64,000 nt of DNA, taken from contig CAYFOC010000001.1 of NCBI GenBank assembly GCA_964344615.1, positions 802 to 64,801 of the forward strand. The letters run 5' to 3'. The notes under the pieces are model-generated. The model saw nothing but the letters and a program-made list of their open reading frames with translations, was not told where the DNA came from and made no database searches. The DNA comes from an uncultured Methylococcus sp. (GTDB lineage Bacteria > Pseudomonadota > Gammaproteobacteria > Methylococcales > Methylococcaceae). The translations under genes and the position numbers were made by a program. Shown piece by piece: positions 37,057-49,956 of the stretch (within the stretch, counting starts at the first letter, position 1; each line of letters opens with the position of its first letter).

Positions 37057-38286
37057 TCAGTTGCCGAACTTCTGGCCTTTGGTTGCAGCAATGCGCATCC
37101 GAAGCGCGTTCAGCTTGATGAAGCCTTCGGCGTCCTTCTGGTTGTAGGCGCCCTTGTCGTCTTCGAACGTTGCAATGTTCATGTCGAAAAGGCTGTTCTG
37201 TTCAGACTTGCGTCCGACGACCGTCACATTCCCCTTGTAGAGCTTGACGCGAACGTCCCCGTTCACGTTGGTCTGGCTGGAATCGATCAGTTCCTGCAAC
37301 AGAACCCGTTCCGGACTCCACCAATAGCCGTTGTAAATAAGGCTCGCATAGCGGGGCATCAATTCGTCCTTCAAATGCGCAACCTCGCGGTCCAGTGTCA
37401 ACGATTCGATCGCTCGATGGGCCTTGAGCATGATGGTGCCGCCCGGGGTTTCATAGCAGCCGCGCGACTTCATGCCGACGTAGCGGTTTTCAACGATATC
37501 GAGGCGGCCAATGCCATTGGCACCCCCGATTTCATTCAACCGTGCCAGAACCTTTGCCGGAGACATGGGGACGCCATCGATGGCGACGATGTCACCGCGT
37601 TCGTAGCGAAGTTCGATGAAGGTGGCCTGATCAGGTGCTGCCTCAGGCGATACGGACCAACGCCACATGTCTTCTTCAGGGCCCGACCATGGATCTTCAA
37701 GGACGCCGCCCTCATACGAGATATGAAGAAGATTGGCGTCCATAGAGTAGGGGGACGCTTTGCCGCGCTTCATTTCAATCGGGATGCTGTGCTTTTCAGC
37801 ATAAGCCAACAGGGTCTCACGCGAAGTCAGATCCCATTCCCGCCACGGCGCGATGACCTTGATGTCGGGCTTGAGTGCATAGGCGCCGAGTTCGAAGCGG
37901 ACCTGATCGTTGCCTTTTCCAGTTGCACCATGACAGATGGCATCGCACCCGGTTTCATTGACGATCTCGATGAGTCGCTTGGCAATGAGCGGCCGCGCAA
38001 TGGAGGTGCCCAGGAGGTATTCACCTTCATAGATGGTGTTCGCGCGGAACATTGGGAAAACGAAGTCGCGTGCAAACTCTTCGGTGAGATCATCGATATA
38101 GATCTCCTTGATTCCCATGGCCTGGGCCTTGCTGCGAGCCGGTTCGACTTCTTCCCCCTGTCCGATGTCAGCTGTGAAGGTCACTACTTCACAGTTGTAG
38201 GTCTCACGGAGCCATTGAAGGATGACAGAGGTATCGAGACCACCGGAGTAGGCCAGTGCGACTTTCTTGACAGTGGGTTGGGTCAT
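37057..38286 (-). CDS. argG: Argininosuccinate synthase
   Basis: '[15 protein letters not shown]' is present. I moved the start to ATG 38286. Confidence 0.95.
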   Translation of the reverse strand: MTQPTVKKVALAYSGGLDTSVILQWLRETYNCEVVTFTADIGQGEEVEPARSKAQAMGIKEIYIDDLTEEFARDFVFPMFRANTIYEGEYLLGTSIARPLIAKRLIEIVNETGCDAICHGATGKGNDQVRFELGAYALKPDIKVIAPWREWDLTSRETLLAYAEKHSIPIEMKRGKASPYSMDANLLHISYEGGVLEDPWSGPEEDMWRWSVSPEAAPDQATFIELRYERGDIVAIDGVPMSPAKVLARLNEIGGANGIGRLDIVENRYVGMKSRGCYETPGGTIMLKAHRAIESLTLDREVAHLKDELMPRYASLIYNGYWWSPERVLLQELIDSSQTNVNGDVRVKLYKGNVTVVGRKSEQNSLFDMNIATFEDDKGAYNQKDAEGFIKLNALRMRIAATKGQKFGN

Positions 38287-38387
38287 GGGAGGTTCCCTGA
38301 AAGTGTAACTAAACCGACTATTATAATTGTCGAGGGGAGACCTGTCCCTATCGATCCGCAAGACTTTACTCTCAAAGGAACAAGGCT

Positions 38388-39512
38388 TTGAAATTTACCG
38401 AGATCAATACCCACAAGGGACTCATTTTGGGTTTTGCGATCGTTCTTGGTCTGCTGCTGTTGACGATGGTGAGCATGCGCTCACAACTGATCCAGCATCC
38501 GGCCATGAACTACGGGGAGATCGTGTCGGACCTTCCTATCCCTGTTCATCCAAATCAGACTGTGGAACTGGGCATCTTTGTCCAGAATATCTACCGCTTC
38601 GAGGCAGAGAACAATACGTTTGATAGTGACGGTTGGGTCTGGGTGAAATATTCCCCGTGGCTCCATGCTCAAATGGCCAAGCGCAAGATATCCGCCGTGG
38701 ATCTCATCAATTTCATCAATCTGGTGAATCGCTACGACTTTACCCTTTCACAGACCACCAACGGCCCTCTTCTGATGCCCGATGGGCGTTACTACGAGCG
38801 ATTCAGGTATTCGGGGCATTTCTACGTGGATGATCTTGATTTTCGGAAATTCCCTTTTCAAACGATCTCACTTCCTCTGATCGTTCAACTTCAGTCTCAG
38901 CAATTACGAGACGATGTGGCGCCGATTGAACTAACCATTGATCGCCGAGATTCGGCAATCGGTCCATTCATCGATATCAGTAGTTATGAGACGATAGGCT
39001 ATGAGCTCAAAGGGCTTCTGACGCACTGGATGAGTCGTATGGGCAATGATCTTCGTGACGGAACGGGGGTCGCGTCAGAATTGCGAATGGAAGTCCGTTA
39101 CAAAAAGGCGCTGAACTCTACGTTCCTGAAATTAATCCTGCCACTGTTGACGGTAATGTTGATCACGCTATTTGCACCGTCGATTGCCTCGCACGGTTGG
39201 GACGTCCGGATTGGGATTCCCCCAACCTGCATCCTGACGCTTATCTTTCTGCAGCAGAGCTATCATGAGCATCTTCCTGACTTTCAATATCTGACGTTCC
39301 TCGATAGCGTTTATAACCTTTGTTTCTTTATCAACATTACCCTGTTCGGATTATTCCTCTGGGGCGCGAACGTCTACCATTCGGCCTCCGGATCTCACAG
39401 GCACCAGGTGGCTGCACTCATCGATCGGGTGGATTTCAGGTTTCAGATCGGGCTGTCTGTTGTTTTGATTTTGGGCACTGGCTTTGATTGGCTGGTTCAC
39501 CGCTATATCTGA
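38388..39512 (+). CDS. Prokaryotic pentameric ligand-gated ion channel (GLIC/ELIC-type Cys-loop receptor homologue)
   Basis: After the N-terminal signal/anchor comes a beta-rich extracellular domain of about 200 aa ('[30 protein letters not shown]'). The loop equivalent to the Cys-loop is '[13 protein letters not shown]' (FPFD-like). M1 is '[28 protein letters not shown]', M2 is '[18 protein letters not shown]', M3 is '[19 protein letters not shown]', then a short loop and M4. Confidence 0.7.
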   Translation: MKFTEINTHKGLILGFAIVLGLLLLTMVSMRSQLIQHPAMNYGEIVSDLPIPVHPNQTVELGIFVQNIYRFEAENNTFDSDGWVWVKYSPWLHAQMAKRKISAVDLINFINLVNRYDFTLSQTTNGPLLMPDGRYYERFRYSGHFYVDDLDFRKFPFQTISLPLIVQLQSQQLRDDVAPIELTIDRRDSAIGPFIDISSYETIGYELKGLLTHWMSRMGNDLRDGTGVASELRMEVRYKKALNSTFLKLILPLLTVMLITLFAPSIASHGWDVRIGIPPTCILTLIFLQQSYHEHLPDFQYLTFLDSVYNLCFFINITLFGLFLWGANVYHSASGSHRHQVAALIDRVDFRFQIGLSVVLILGTGFDWLVHRYI

Positions 39513-40153
39513 GGAAGTTGCTTGAGCAATCACACATCGTTTCCAGATCATGGGCTTTATGTCATTACCCGCGATCCCTCTGAAATGCGACTCAATATCC
39601 TCGATGAGGTGGATGCTGCCATCCAAGGGGGTGCGGCTGTCGTACAGTACAGAGCGAAGGGGGGCAGAGCCTCGGTTGAAGAAGCTAGGGTCCTGTTGGA
39701 TCGTTGCCGCAAGTCACGGGTGCCTCTCATCATCAATGATGATGTCGATCTGGCTCTCAAGGTGGGAGCCGATGGCGTTCATTTGGGCAGGGAAGATGCA
39801 AACCCCGTGGCCGTGAGGGCCATCCTAGGGTCTAACGCCATAATCGGGATTTCATGTTACGACGACGTTGCGAGAGCAACACAGGCTCAGGAGCTTGGTG
39901 CGACTTATGTGGCCTTTGGGCGATTCTTTCCCTCGCAGACCAAGCCTTATGCGCCCTGTGCACATCAAGCGACCTTGCGCGAAGCGAGGAAAATGCTAAG
40001 CGTTCCGATTGTCGCGATCGGGGGGATCACATTCGAGAATGGTCGATCTCTGGTGGAGGCCGGCGCGGGGCTACTCGCCGTGATTGAGGGGGTTTTTGGA
40101 GGAGGAGACCCGGAATCAGCAGCTCGCCGATTCCAGGCCTTCTGGACTGAAAA

Positions 40154-41371
<1,218 letters not shown>

Positions 41372-41445
41372 ATTCCGTGCTCCGTGAGGGAAGGGGCTGT
41401 TAAAACGTGCGCCATTGGCGCGATGGGATGATTATACAACAGGAA

Positions 41446-41492
41446 TAACTATATGTAGTGTTAACTTATCCGTTTGTCACAATATCTGGTGT
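41446..41492 (-). promoter_or_regulatory. Two tandem NrdR-box-like operators upstream of nrdB
   Basis: The 16-mers TAACTATATGTAGTGT (41446-41461) and TCACAATATCTGGTGT (41477-41492) each match the remembered NrdR-box consensus acaCwAtATaTwGtgt at 12-13 of 16 positions. Their centres are 31 bp apart, and they lie about 75-120 nt upstream of the nrdB ATG. Confidence 0.5.
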
Positions 41493-41512
41493 AGGCGGAG
41501 TGTCGTCAGATA

Positions 41513-41538
41513 TAAAAAAGCCCGGCGGGGCCGGGCTC
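41513..41538 (-). terminator. Rho-independent terminator after gltD
   Basis: The minus strand reads agcccgg-cccc-ccgggct followed by ttttttata, about 20 nt downstream of the gltD stop. Confidence 0.8.
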
Positions 41539-41557
41539 TTGTGGAGTTAAGATGAAT

Positions 41558-42997
41558 CTATCGCGGAAGTTCGCTAGATCCCATCAAGAACTCATCAACG
41601 GATCGTGCACACTGACGACCTTCGCGGATGGCCCAGACCACCAGGGACTGACCGCGGCGCATATCGCCTGCGGTAAAGACCTTATCGACAGATGTCCTGT
41701 AGTCATCCGTCGTTGCGCGAACATTATTGCGCTCATCGAGGGCGACACCGAGATCGGCGAGCATGCCATCCCGAACCGGATGGACAAAACCCATGGCCAG
41801 AAATACGAGATCAGCCTTCAGGCTGAACTCAGAGCCTGGAACACGGTTCATGACCCAACGACCATTGTCCTGGGTCCATTCAACCTTTACGCAATTGATC
41901 TGGGTCAGCTTGCCGTCTTTGCCTTCGAAAGAGACGGTATCGACGCTCCACATGCGATCGCAGCCCTCTTCATGAGAGCTGGATGTACGGAGCTTGTTCG
42001 GCCAGTTTGGCCAGGTCAGGGCTTTGTTTTCCTTTTCAGGCGGCTTCGGCATGATTTCGAGCTGCGTGATGCTCGTGGCACCATGGCGACGGGACGTCCC
42101 AATACAGTCAGAACCGGTATCGCCGCCACCGATGACAACGACATGCTTGTCAGTCGCGAGAATGCTATCTGACTCAGGAAGTACGTCCCCCGCATTGCGC
42201 TTGTTTTGTTGCGGCAGGAAAGTCATGGCGTAATGCACTCCATCCAGTTCCCGGCCGGGTACGGGCAGGTCACGAGGATGTTCTGAACCCCCCGCAAGAA
42301 TTACGGCGTCAAATTCCTTGACCAGCTGACTGGCTGGGATGTCCTTGCCAATATGCCAGTTGGGACGGAACAGCACGCCTTCAGCCTGCATCTGAGCGAT
42401 ACGGCGATCAATGATGTGCTTCTCCATCTTGAAGTCAGGGATGCCATAACGGAGGAGACCACCGATACGGTCATTCTTTTCAAAGACCGTCACGTCATGA
42501 CCGGCACGTGCAAGCTGCTGAGCGGCAGCCAAACCTGCAGGTCCCGAGCCAACCACGGCAACGCGCTTGCCTGTCTTATGGGCTGCGATCTGGGGTTGAA
42601 TCCAGCCGTTTTCCCATGCCTTATCAACGATAGCGCATTCGATGGACTTGATGGTGACAGGCTCATCCGTCAAGTTCAGCGTGCATGCAGCTTCGCAGGG
42701 CGCCGGGCAGATGCGGCCTGTGAATTCGGGGAAATTATTGGTGCTATGGAGAACCTCGATCGCTTGCTGCCAGCCCTGCTGATAAACGAGATCATTCCAG
42801 TCAGGAATGATGTTGTTGACGGGGCATCCATTGTGACAATACGGGATGCCACAATCCATGCAACGCGATCCCTGGCGGACCAGTTCTTCTTCAGATAGAG
42901 GAACGACGAATTCCTTGAAGTTCTGAACGCGGTCGTCGACCATCGTGTAGCGACGGTCCTGACGCGAAACTTCCATGAAACCTGTGGGCTTACCCAT
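41558..42997 (-). CDS. gltD: Glutamate synthase (NADPH) small subunit
   Basis: '[16 protein letters not shown]' is present, with two dinucleotide folds ('[14 protein letters not shown]', '[13 protein letters not shown]'). Confidence 0.95.
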   Translation of the reverse strand: MGKPTGFMEVSRQDRRYTMVDDRVQNFKEFVVPLSEEELVRQGSRCMDCGIPYCHNGCPVNNIIPDWNDLVYQQGWQQAIEVLHSTNNFPEFTGRICPAPCEAACTLNLTDEPVTIKSIECAIVDKAWENGWIQPQIAAHKTGKRVAVVGSGPAGLAAAQQLARAGHDVTVFEKNDRIGGLLRYGIPDFKMEKHIIDRRIAQMQAEGVLFRPNWHIGKDIPASQLVKEFDAVILAGGSEHPRDLPVPGRELDGVHYAMTFLPQQNKRNAGDVLPESDSILATDKHVVVIGGGDTGSDCIGTSRRHGATSITQLEIMPKPPEKENKALTWPNWPNKLRTSSSHEEGCDRMWSVDTVSFEGKDGKLTQINCVKVEWTQDNGRWVMNRVPGSEFSLKADLVFLAMGFVHPVRDGMLADLGVALDERNNVRATTDDYRTSVDKVFTAGDMRRGQSLVVWAIREGRQCARSVDEFLMGSSELPR

Positions 42998-43099
42998 GTT
43001 TGCTCAACCTCTTATGGATGCCGGTAGGGCATCGGTACAACGGCTATTCTTTATCGGATCAAATCGGCCAATCCGGGCATCTAGAAGATGCCCGTTTTC

Positions 43100-46000
43100 T
43101 TAGTGACTGGCTCCAGTGCGTTCCTGGGCGGCCTGCATTTTCTCCAGCGCCAGACGGTAATCGACCGGCATCACCTTCACGAACTTCGGCAGATAGCTCG
43201 ACCAGTCGTCGAGGATTCTCTTGGCCTTCGCGCTACCGGTATATCGGGCGTGGCGATTGATCAATGTCCATAGACGCTTTTCATCGTCACGAGTCATGTT
43301 ATGGAGGATGTCGACCAGTCCATGTGCCTCAAGGTCATTGCCCTGATGGTCACGACGTTCAAGGGTGTTTGATTCCGCCGGGATGGGCTGGAGTTCGACC
43401 ATTGACAGGTTGCAACGGTTGCCAAAATCACCGGCTTCATCAAGGACGTAGGCCACACCACCGGACATCCCGGCTGCGAAGTTGCGACCCGACTCGCCGA
43501 GTACAACAACAACACCGCCGGTCATGTATTCGCAACCGTGATCGCCAACGCCTTCGACAACCGCTATGGCGCCTGAGTTGCGAACAGCAAAGCGCTCCCC
43601 AGCGACACCACGGAAATAGCATTCACCTTCGATGGCACCGTAAAGAACGGTATTGCCGACAATGATGTTTTCATCGGCAACGAGCGGTGATTCGCTCGGT
43701 GGATAAATCGCAATACGACCGCCGGACAAACCCTTGCCCACGTAATCGTTGCCTTCGCCTGAGAGTTCAAGCGTAACGCCACGGGCAAGGAACGCACCAA
43801 AACTCTGTCCGGCAGTACCGTGCAGTTTGATATGAATGGTGTCCTCGGCCAGACCTTCATGGCCATGGTGTTTCGCAACCTGACCAGAGAGCATCGCGCC
43901 TACACTGCGATTGAAGTTGCGGATCGGGCTTTCAAACTGAACGGGCTTCTTGGATTCGATCGCAGACTTGGATTGTGCGATCAACTGATGATCAAGCGCC
44001 TTTTCAAGTTCGTGATCCTGCGTTTCCGTGTTGAAAATGGATACGCCTACGCCCGGAACTGGCTTGTAGAGAAGGCGTGAAAGATCAATTTTGGATGCCT
44101 TCCAGTGCGCAACAGCTTTGCGCATGTCGAGGCGATCCGTCTGCCCAATCATTTCATTAAAGTTCCGGTAGCCCAGCTTCGCCATGATCTGACGTACTTC
44201 TTCAGCAATGAAGAAGAAGAAGTTGACTACGTGCTCGGGCTGTCCCGTGAAGCGCTTGCGCAGTTCTGGATCCTGAGTGGCGACACCGACCGGGCAGGTG
44301 TTCAGATGGCACTTGCGCATCATGATGCAGCCTTCGACGATCAATGGCGCGGTTGCAAACCCAAATTCGTCTGCCCCCAGAAGTGCTGCCATGACGACGT
44401 CACGGCCAGTTCTGATTCCGCCATCCGCCTGAACGCAGACGCGTCCACGGAGCTTGTTTAGAACCAGGGTCTGATGGGTCTCGGCAAGACCAATTTCCCA
44501 CGGGAGTCCTGCGTGCTTGATCGAGGTGACCGGGCTCGCGCCAGTACCACCGTCATATCCGGCGATGGTGATGTGGTCAGCATGTGCCTTGGCAACACCT
44601 GCCGCAACCGTACCTACGCCGACTTCAGAAACCAGTTTGACGCTGATGCGAGATTCGGGATTCACGTTCTTGAGGTCGTGGATCAACTGTCCGAGATCCT
44701 CAATCGAGTAAATGTCGTGATGGGGAGGCGGTGAAATCAGACCGACGCCAGGCGTAGAGTGACGAACGCGTGCAATCGTCGCATCCACCTTGTGACCCGG
44801 CAACTGACCGCCTTCACCGGGCTTCGCACCCTGACTGATCTTGATCTGGATGTCGTCTGCATTCACTAGGTATTCAGTCGTGACCCCGAAACGGCCGGAG
44901 GCGACCTGCTTGATGGCCGAGCGGAGAGAATCACCATTCTCCAGGGGCTTGAAGCGCTCAGCCAGTTCGCCGCCTTCACCCGTATTGGACTTTCCGCCGA
45001 TACGGTTCATCGCAACAGCCAGGGTGGTGTGCGCTTCATAAGAAATGGAGCCGAAGCTCATCGCGCCGGTTGCAAAACGCTTCACGATGTCCTTGACGGA
45101 CTCGACCTCATCCAGTGGGACTTCCTTGCGGCTATAGTCGAAGTCAAGGAGGCCACGCAGAGTCAGCAGGCGTTCGTTTTGTTCGTTAATTGACCGGGTG
45201 TACTCAAGGTAGGTGTTCCAGTTGTTGGTTCGGGTGGCGTGCTGGAGCTTTGAAATGGTTTCCGGTGTCCACACGTGATCTTCACCGCGGACACGATAGG
45301 CATACTCACCGCCAACATCGAGTGCATTCCGGTAAAGCGGGGCATCACCGTAAGCGATGCGGTGGCGACGCACCGTTTCCTGGGCAATCTCAAGAAGTCC
45401 TGCACCATCCGTGGTGGCGCTGGTTCCCGGGAAATACCCGGCGAGGAATGCATCGCTTAATCCGATGGCATTGAAGATCTGTGCTCCGCAGTAGGACTGA
45501 TAGGTCGAGATACCCATCTTGGACATGATCTTCAGCAAAGCCTTGCCGATCGCCTTGATATAGCGCTTGTGCGCCTCGTCTGCGGTGATCTTTTCCTTGG
45601 CCTCAAGAATCAGTGAGGACAGCGAATCGAATGCGAGATAAGGATTGATGGCTTCTGCGCCGTAACCTGCGAGCAGCGCAAAGTGATGGACCTCACGTGC
45701 TTCGCCCGTTTCAACGACAAGGCCGACTTCGGTGCGAAGTCCTGCCTTGATAAGATGGAAATGAACGGAAGCGGTCGCCAAAAGCGCCGGGATGGCGATG
45801 TGCTCGGCATCCATTTTCCGATCCGAAATGATCAGGATGTTGTTACCTTCTGTGACCGCGGCTTCAGCAGCCTGACAGAGCTGGGCGATGGCGTTTTCCA
45901 TGCCGGTAGCACCTGCGTCTGCTGGATAGCAGAAGCTGAGTGTCTTGGTCTTGAAAATACCGTTGGTCTTCGCTTCGATCCGACGGATCTTTTCAAGATC

Positions 46001-47728
46001 CTTGTTGCTCAGGATCGGCTGGTGGGCTTCCAGTCGCTTGTGGTTTCCTGCGCTCTTGAGATCCAGAAGGTTAGGGCGTGGTCCAATGTGTGTCACGAGG
46101 GACATGACCAGTTCTTCCCGGATTGGGTCGATGGCCGGATTGGTGACCTGAGCAAACGCCTGCTTGAAGTAGTCGTAAAGCATTCGGGGCTTGGACGACA
46201 GCACGGCAAGAGCAGCATCGGTCCCCATGGAGCCAATCGGTTCCTGTCCTGTCAGTGCCATTGGCGTCAGGGAGAACTTGATATCTTCCTGGCTGTAGCC
46301 AAAGGCCTGCTGGCGGTCCAGCAGCGTCTTGTCATCGGGCGGCATCGCTGAAACTTCTGCGGGCAGATTTTCCAGTTGGATCTGGGTTTCGCTCAGCCAT
46401 TGCTGATAAGGGGCCTTGGCAGCGAGTTCAGCCTTGATCTCGGCGTCATCAATGATTCGGCCCTGCTCCATGTCGATCAGGAACATCTTTCCGGGCTGAA
46501 GACGCCACTTCTTGATGATCTTGTCTTCAGGAATGGTCAGAACGCCCATTTCTGAAGCCATGACGACATGGTCATCATCGGTGATGAGGTAACGTGCAGG
46601 ACGCAGACCATTTCGATCCAGCGTCGCACCAATTTGCCGTCCGTCGGTAAATGCCACTGCCGCAGGTCCGTCCCACGGTTCCATGAGCGCAGAGTGATAT
46701 TCATAGAATGCGCGACGCTTTTCATCCATCAGCGGGTTACCTGCCCATGCTTCAGGAATCAGCAACATCATGGCATGGACCAGCGAGTAGCCGCCCATGA
46801 CCAGAAGTTCCAGGGCGTTGTCGAAACTTGCAGAGTCGGACTTGCCTTCGCCGATGAGAGGCCAGATCTTGTCGAGATCTTCGCCAAGAATTTCTGAAGA
46901 CATGGAATGGCGGCGGGCAGCCATCCAGTTGATATTGCCCCGGACGGTATTGATCTCGCCATTGTGCGCGATCATCCGGAATGGATGTGCAAGATCCCAT
47001 GTCGGGAAGGTATTCGTGGAGAACCGCTGGTGAACCAGTGCGAGCGCTGAAACAACGCGGGCATCTTCAAGATCCTTGTAATAAACGCCGACCTGATCGG
47101 CCAGCAACATTCCCTTGTACACGATAGTGCGTGAGGAGAAGGAGGGGATGTAGAACATCTTCCCTTCATCCAGTTTCAGGTCCCGAATGCGGTTGTCGAT
47201 CTGCTTGCGGATCACAAAGAGCTTGCGTTCAAAGGCATTTTGATCCGCGCAGTTCTTGCCACGGCCGACGAAGACCTGGCGAATTCGAGGCTCAATCTGT
47301 TTAACGGATTCTCCAAGACCGGTGTTGTCCACGGGGACCTCACGCCAGCCGATGAGGGTCTGTCCTTCAGACTGGATGAACTGTTCGATGATCTCGATAC
47401 AGGTTTTCTGGTGTTCGGCCTTCTGCGGCATGAATACGACGCCAACGCCATATTCGCCTTCGGCAGGAAGGGAAATCCCAATGGTCTTGCACTCCTCGCG
47501 GAGGAAGATGTCAGGGATCTGCAGGAGGATGCCAGCGCCATCTCCGGCCAGGGGGTCCGCGCCTACAGCGCCACGGTGCGTGATATTGCGGAGGATCTCG
47601 AGACCTCGGCTGACGATCTCGTGGCTTTTCTTGCCCTTGATATGGGCGATAAAGCCGACACCACAGGCATCGTGTTCGTTGCGGGGATCATAAAGACCCT
47701 GTTTTTCCGGGATGGCGTTAAAACTCAT
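43100..47728 (-). CDS. gltB: Glutamate synthase (NADPH) large subunit
   Basis: The protein is 1542 aa. It has the N-terminal amidotransferase motif '[14 protein letters not shown]', followed by FMN/3Fe-4S and GXGXG domains. Confidence 0.95.
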   Translation of the reverse strand: MSFNAIPEKQGLYDPRNEHDACGVGFIAHIKGKKSHEIVSRGLEILRNITHRGAVGADPLAGDGAGILLQIPDIFLREECKTIGISLPAEGEYGVGVVFMPQKAEHQKTCIEIIEQFIQSEGQTLIGWREVPVDNTGLGESVKQIEPRIRQVFVGRGKNCADQNAFERKLFVIRKQIDNRIRDLKLDEGKMFYIPSFSSRTIVYKGMLLADQVGVYYKDLEDARVVSALALVHQRFSTNTFPTWDLAHPFRMIAHNGEINTVRGNINWMAARRHSMSSEILGEDLDKIWPLIGEGKSDSASFDNALELLVMGGYSLVHAMMLLIPEAWAGNPLMDEKRRAFYEYHSALMEPWDGPAAVAFTDGRQIGATLDRNGLRPARYLITDDDHVVMASEMGVLTIPEDKIIKKWRLQPGKMFLIDMEQGRIIDDAEIKAELAAKAPYQQWLSETQIQLENLPAEVSAMPPDDKTLLDRQQAFGYSQEDIKFSLTPMALTGQEPIGSMGTDAALAVLSSKPRMLYDYFKQAFAQVTNPAIDPIREELVMSLVTHIGPRPNLLDLKSAGNHKRLEAHQPILSNKDLEKIRRIEAKTNGIFKTKTLSFCYPADAGATGMENAIAQLCQAAEAAVTEGNNILIISDRKMDAEHIAIPALLATASVHFHLIKAGLRTEVGLVVETGEAREVHHFALLAGYGAEAINPYLAFDSLSSLILEAKEKITADEAHKRYIKAIGKALLKIMSKMGISTYQSYCGAQIFNAIGLSDAFLAGYFPGTSATTDGAGLLEIAQETVRRHRIAYGDAPLYRNALDVGGEYAYRVRGEDHVWTPETISKLQHATRTNNWNTYLEYTRSINEQNERLLTLRGLLDFDYSRKEVPLDEVESVKDIVKRFATGAMSFGSISYEAHTTLAVAMNRIGGKSNTGEGGELAERFKPLENGDSLRSAIKQVASGRFGVTTEYLVNADDIQIKISQGAKPGEGGQLPGHKVDATIARVRHSTPGVGLISPPPHHDIYSIEDLGQLIHDLKNVNPESRISVKLVSEVGVGTVAAGVAKAHADHITIAGYDGGTGASPVTSIKHAGLPWEIGLAETHQTLVLNKLRGRVCVQADGGIRTGRDVVMAALLGADEFGFATAPLIVEGCIMMRKCHLNTCPVGVATQDPELRKRFTGQPEHVVNFFFFIAEEVRQIMAKLGYRNFNEMIGQTDRLDMRKAVAHWKASKIDLSRLLYKPVPGVGVSIFNTETQDHELEKALDHQLIAQSKSAIESKKPVQFESPIRNFNRSVGAMLSGQVAKHHGHEGLAEDTIHIKLHGTAGQSFGAFLARGVTLELSGEGNDYVGKGLSGGRIAIYPPSESPLVADENIIVGNTVLYGAIEGECYFRGVAGERFAVRNSGAIAVVEGVGDHGCEYMTGGVVVVLGESGRNFAAGMSGGVAYVLDEAGDFGNRCNLSMVELQPIPAESNTLERRDHQGNDLEAHGLVDILHNMTRDDEKRLWTLINRHARYTGSAKAKRILDDWSSYLPKFVKVMPVDYRLALEKMQAAQERTGASH

Positions 47729-47898
47729 TAATTACCTCGGTCATTAATCTGTGGTCTCTGACCCCGATTAGGTCAGGCGCCACCTGGGCCGAACTTGCAA
47801 GTCAGGCCTTCACGAAGGCACGGCTGTGCAATCATGGGTTGAACTCGAAATGGGCGGCCGTCGTTCGGCATTACGAAATGCCGAGCAAATGGCTTAAA

Positions 47899-47927
47899 AA
47901 TATACTGTTTTACCCCCTTTCTTTCAA
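47899..47927 (-). promoter_or_regulatory. Candidate sigma-70 promoter for gltBD
   Basis: The minus strand reads TTGAAA-(17 nt)-TATATT, 5 of 6 matches in each hexamer. It implies a leader of about 160 nt before the gltB ATG. This is sequence prediction only. Confidence 0.4.
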
Positions 47928-48079
47928 GGGGATCCGCGCTGAATTCGCCCTAAATTGCTGAAAGTAGCTATGGGACAGCGCCATGAGCCACCTTAAGTCT
48001 GAGGGCGGCGCTACGTGGAAAGGGTATATCATCAGCGAGGCTTTGGCCCACCGAGACTGTTTCAGATGAGGAATGATTG

Positions 48080-49864
48080 ATGCAACTGCTGAGCGACATT
48101 GTTCGTGATACCGATGAGAATCTTGGACTTGAAAGTAAGACGCCCGTGCTTGTCGGTGAAGCCGTTCGCTTTCTCTTCGATGCCCAGCATGGCGGCTTGG
48201 AGGGCTTTCTTGAACGCCTTGAGAAAGAGGGGCTCGGCGCTGATCTATCCAACTGGCGTAATCCTTTAGAAGAAATTCGGTTTTCAGAAGGTCATCGGCT
48301 TGAAGTGTTGCTTGGTGCGGACACGATCAGTCGCATGGGACGAGATCTGGGCATGGCGAATGCCAGGGTGCGGACGGCGTTGGCGTATGTCATTCCGCGC
48401 CTGATTCGGTACTTCACTGCTGGCGGAAATATTCCGGAGCAGGTGCCTCATGCTGTCACCGACTATCTGTCAACGCATGTCCACGGGCTGATCGCACCCC
48501 GCAGTCGTGCCATTCGTTCGAACGCAAAGGCCAAGCGCAAGAAAGCATCCACTTCACCTGCATGGACCGTGCGTGTTGCTTGGGGCTCGGGTGTGGGTGT
48601 TTTGCTTCTCAGTAGTTTCTTTTTAGGACGGGATATTTACGAGCGGACGCCTCACGGTCAGCCGGAAGGCAGCACACCCGAACCGGTCGCCTCGAGTTCG
48701 GGGCCGGTGGTCTCTCAGGATGCTGGTGCCAAGCAGCCAGAAGCGCAGGGCGCAGGATCGAAGTTGGTGATCCGCAACAATGGGGGTCATTTTGAATTTC
48801 TTGGATTTGTTAATACGGCTCAATCCCGGCAGACCATTCTTGAGAAATTGCAGAAATCTTTTGGCGCCGGAAAGATTGCCGGGGATATCCTGGTCGATCC
48901 CTCGCGCAGTGATCCGCTGTGGATCAATCAACTTGACCGCCTTTTCCCCTTGCTGAACGTGCCTGGACTGGATGTTCGACTGGAAGGTAATACCTTGCGG
49001 GTGGGCGGTTGGCTTTCGGAGGAGGATCGTAACGGTATCCTTAATAGTCTGATGAGCACGCTCGGTGCGAATTATCGCTACGGATATCTGCGTGATGAGG
49101 GTATTGAGCGTGCTCAGGACTCAAAGCAATACATGGCAGCGGTCCTCGCCCACATCGGGTCGGATGCCAAGCCTGCTGAAGTTGTGAGCATCCTCAATCG
49201 ATGGATCATCAATTTTGCCGATGGCGCAGCCGTGTTTCCGGAGGATTCCCGCGAAATCGCAACGAAGGTCGCTAGCGTGATTCAAAATCTTCGTACCTCC
49301 GCGCTCTATGAAATTCAGGGGCACGTAGATTCCGAGCCCAACCGCCCTCAGGCCATCAAGCTCTCGACAGCGAGAGCGAATGCTGTCCGTGATGCCCTGA
49401 TTCAGGGGGGCGTGGCCGAAGGCAAGCTCAGAACCAAGGGGTTTGGTGGTGACAAGCGCCTCCCAGGTGGCGAACCCCAGACAGATCAGGCTCGCAATGA
49501 AAGGATCGAGTTCAGGGTCATTCAGATCTGCGATCCCTATTTCCCCTGTGACTATTCATCCGCTCCAAAGCGGCCGTCCCTGCCAGACCCCAATGTGCCA
49601 GAGCCTGAAATCGTTAATGGGGGTGGAGTCGATAAGTCGGAGCCTAAAGCAGCAGCCCCGTCGCAGCCTGTACCGCCTTCGGTTGAAAAGCCGGTCGAAC
49701 ATCCGGCCTCGGGTCAACCTGAAGCAGGGCCTTCCACGTCGCGCTTGCGCTCGCTATCTGAAGAGTTGCCTCCACAGGTCAAGCCTAAGACCAAGCCGCC
49801 CGAGGCGCCCAAGCCTGCGGATCCAAAGCAGCCTGAATGGTATGACCCACTCGGAATTTTCTAG
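48080..49864 (+). CDS. Multidomain OmpA/MotB-family peptidoglycan-binding protein: N-terminal YidB/DUF937-like segment, one TM, central region, OmpA_C domain and Pro-rich tail
   Basis: GAGGA lies 7-8 nt before ATG 48080. The TM is 'VAWGSGVGVLLLSSFFLG'. The OmpA-like core is 'IQGHVDSEPNRPQAIKLSTARANAVRDALIQGG'. The tail is 'PKTKPPEAPKPADPKQPEW'. Confidence 0.7.
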   Translation: MQLLSDIVRDTDENLGLESKTPVLVGEAVRFLFDAQHGGLEGFLERLEKEGLGADLSNWRNPLEEIRFSEGHRLEVLLGADTISRMGRDLGMANARVRTALAYVIPRLIRYFTAGGNIPEQVPHAVTDYLSTHVHGLIAPRSRAIRSNAKAKRKKASTSPAWTVRVAWGSGVGVLLLSSFFLGRDIYERTPHGQPEGSTPEPVASSSGPVVSQDAGAKQPEAQGAGSKLVIRNNGGHFEFLGFVNTAQSRQTILEKLQKSFGAGKIAGDILVDPSRSDPLWINQLDRLFPLLNVPGLDVRLEGNTLRVGGWLSEEDRNGILNSLMSTLGANYRYGYLRDEGIERAQDSKQYMAAVLAHIGSDAKPAEVVSILNRWIINFADGAAVFPEDSREIATKVASVIQNLRTSALYEIQGHVDSEPNRPQAIKLSTARANAVRDALIQGGVAEGKLRTKGFGGDKRLPGGEPQTDQARNERIEFRVIQICDPYFPCDYSSAPKRPSLPDPNVPEPEIVNGGGVDKSEPKAAAPSQPVPPSVEKPVEHPASGQPEAGPSTSRLRSLSEELPPQVKPKTKPPEAPKPADPKQPEWYDPLGIF

Positions 49865-49894
49865 TCGGTGGGGGTGGGGTCTAGCTCCAGAGAT

Positions 49895-49926
49895 TCATGG
49901 CTTGCGTTCAAAGACGCAAGCCATGA
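49895..49926. terminator. Strong hairpin between convergent genes (terminator-like, no clear U-tract)
   Basis: The hairpin tcatggcttgcgt-tcaaag-acgcaagccatga is a 13-bp perfect stem. It lies between the stops at 49864 (+) and 49957 (-). Confidence 0.55.
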
Positions 49927-49956
49927 GGGTCTTGAAAGCGCCGATGGATCTGACGC

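Noticed and set aside
37375-38391. A 338-aa ORF on the plus strand.
   Set aside because: It lies entirely antisense to argG, whose product has unambiguous motifs. The antisense translation is Arg/Gly-rich with no recognisable domain. This is the typical shadow ORF of a GC-rich gene.
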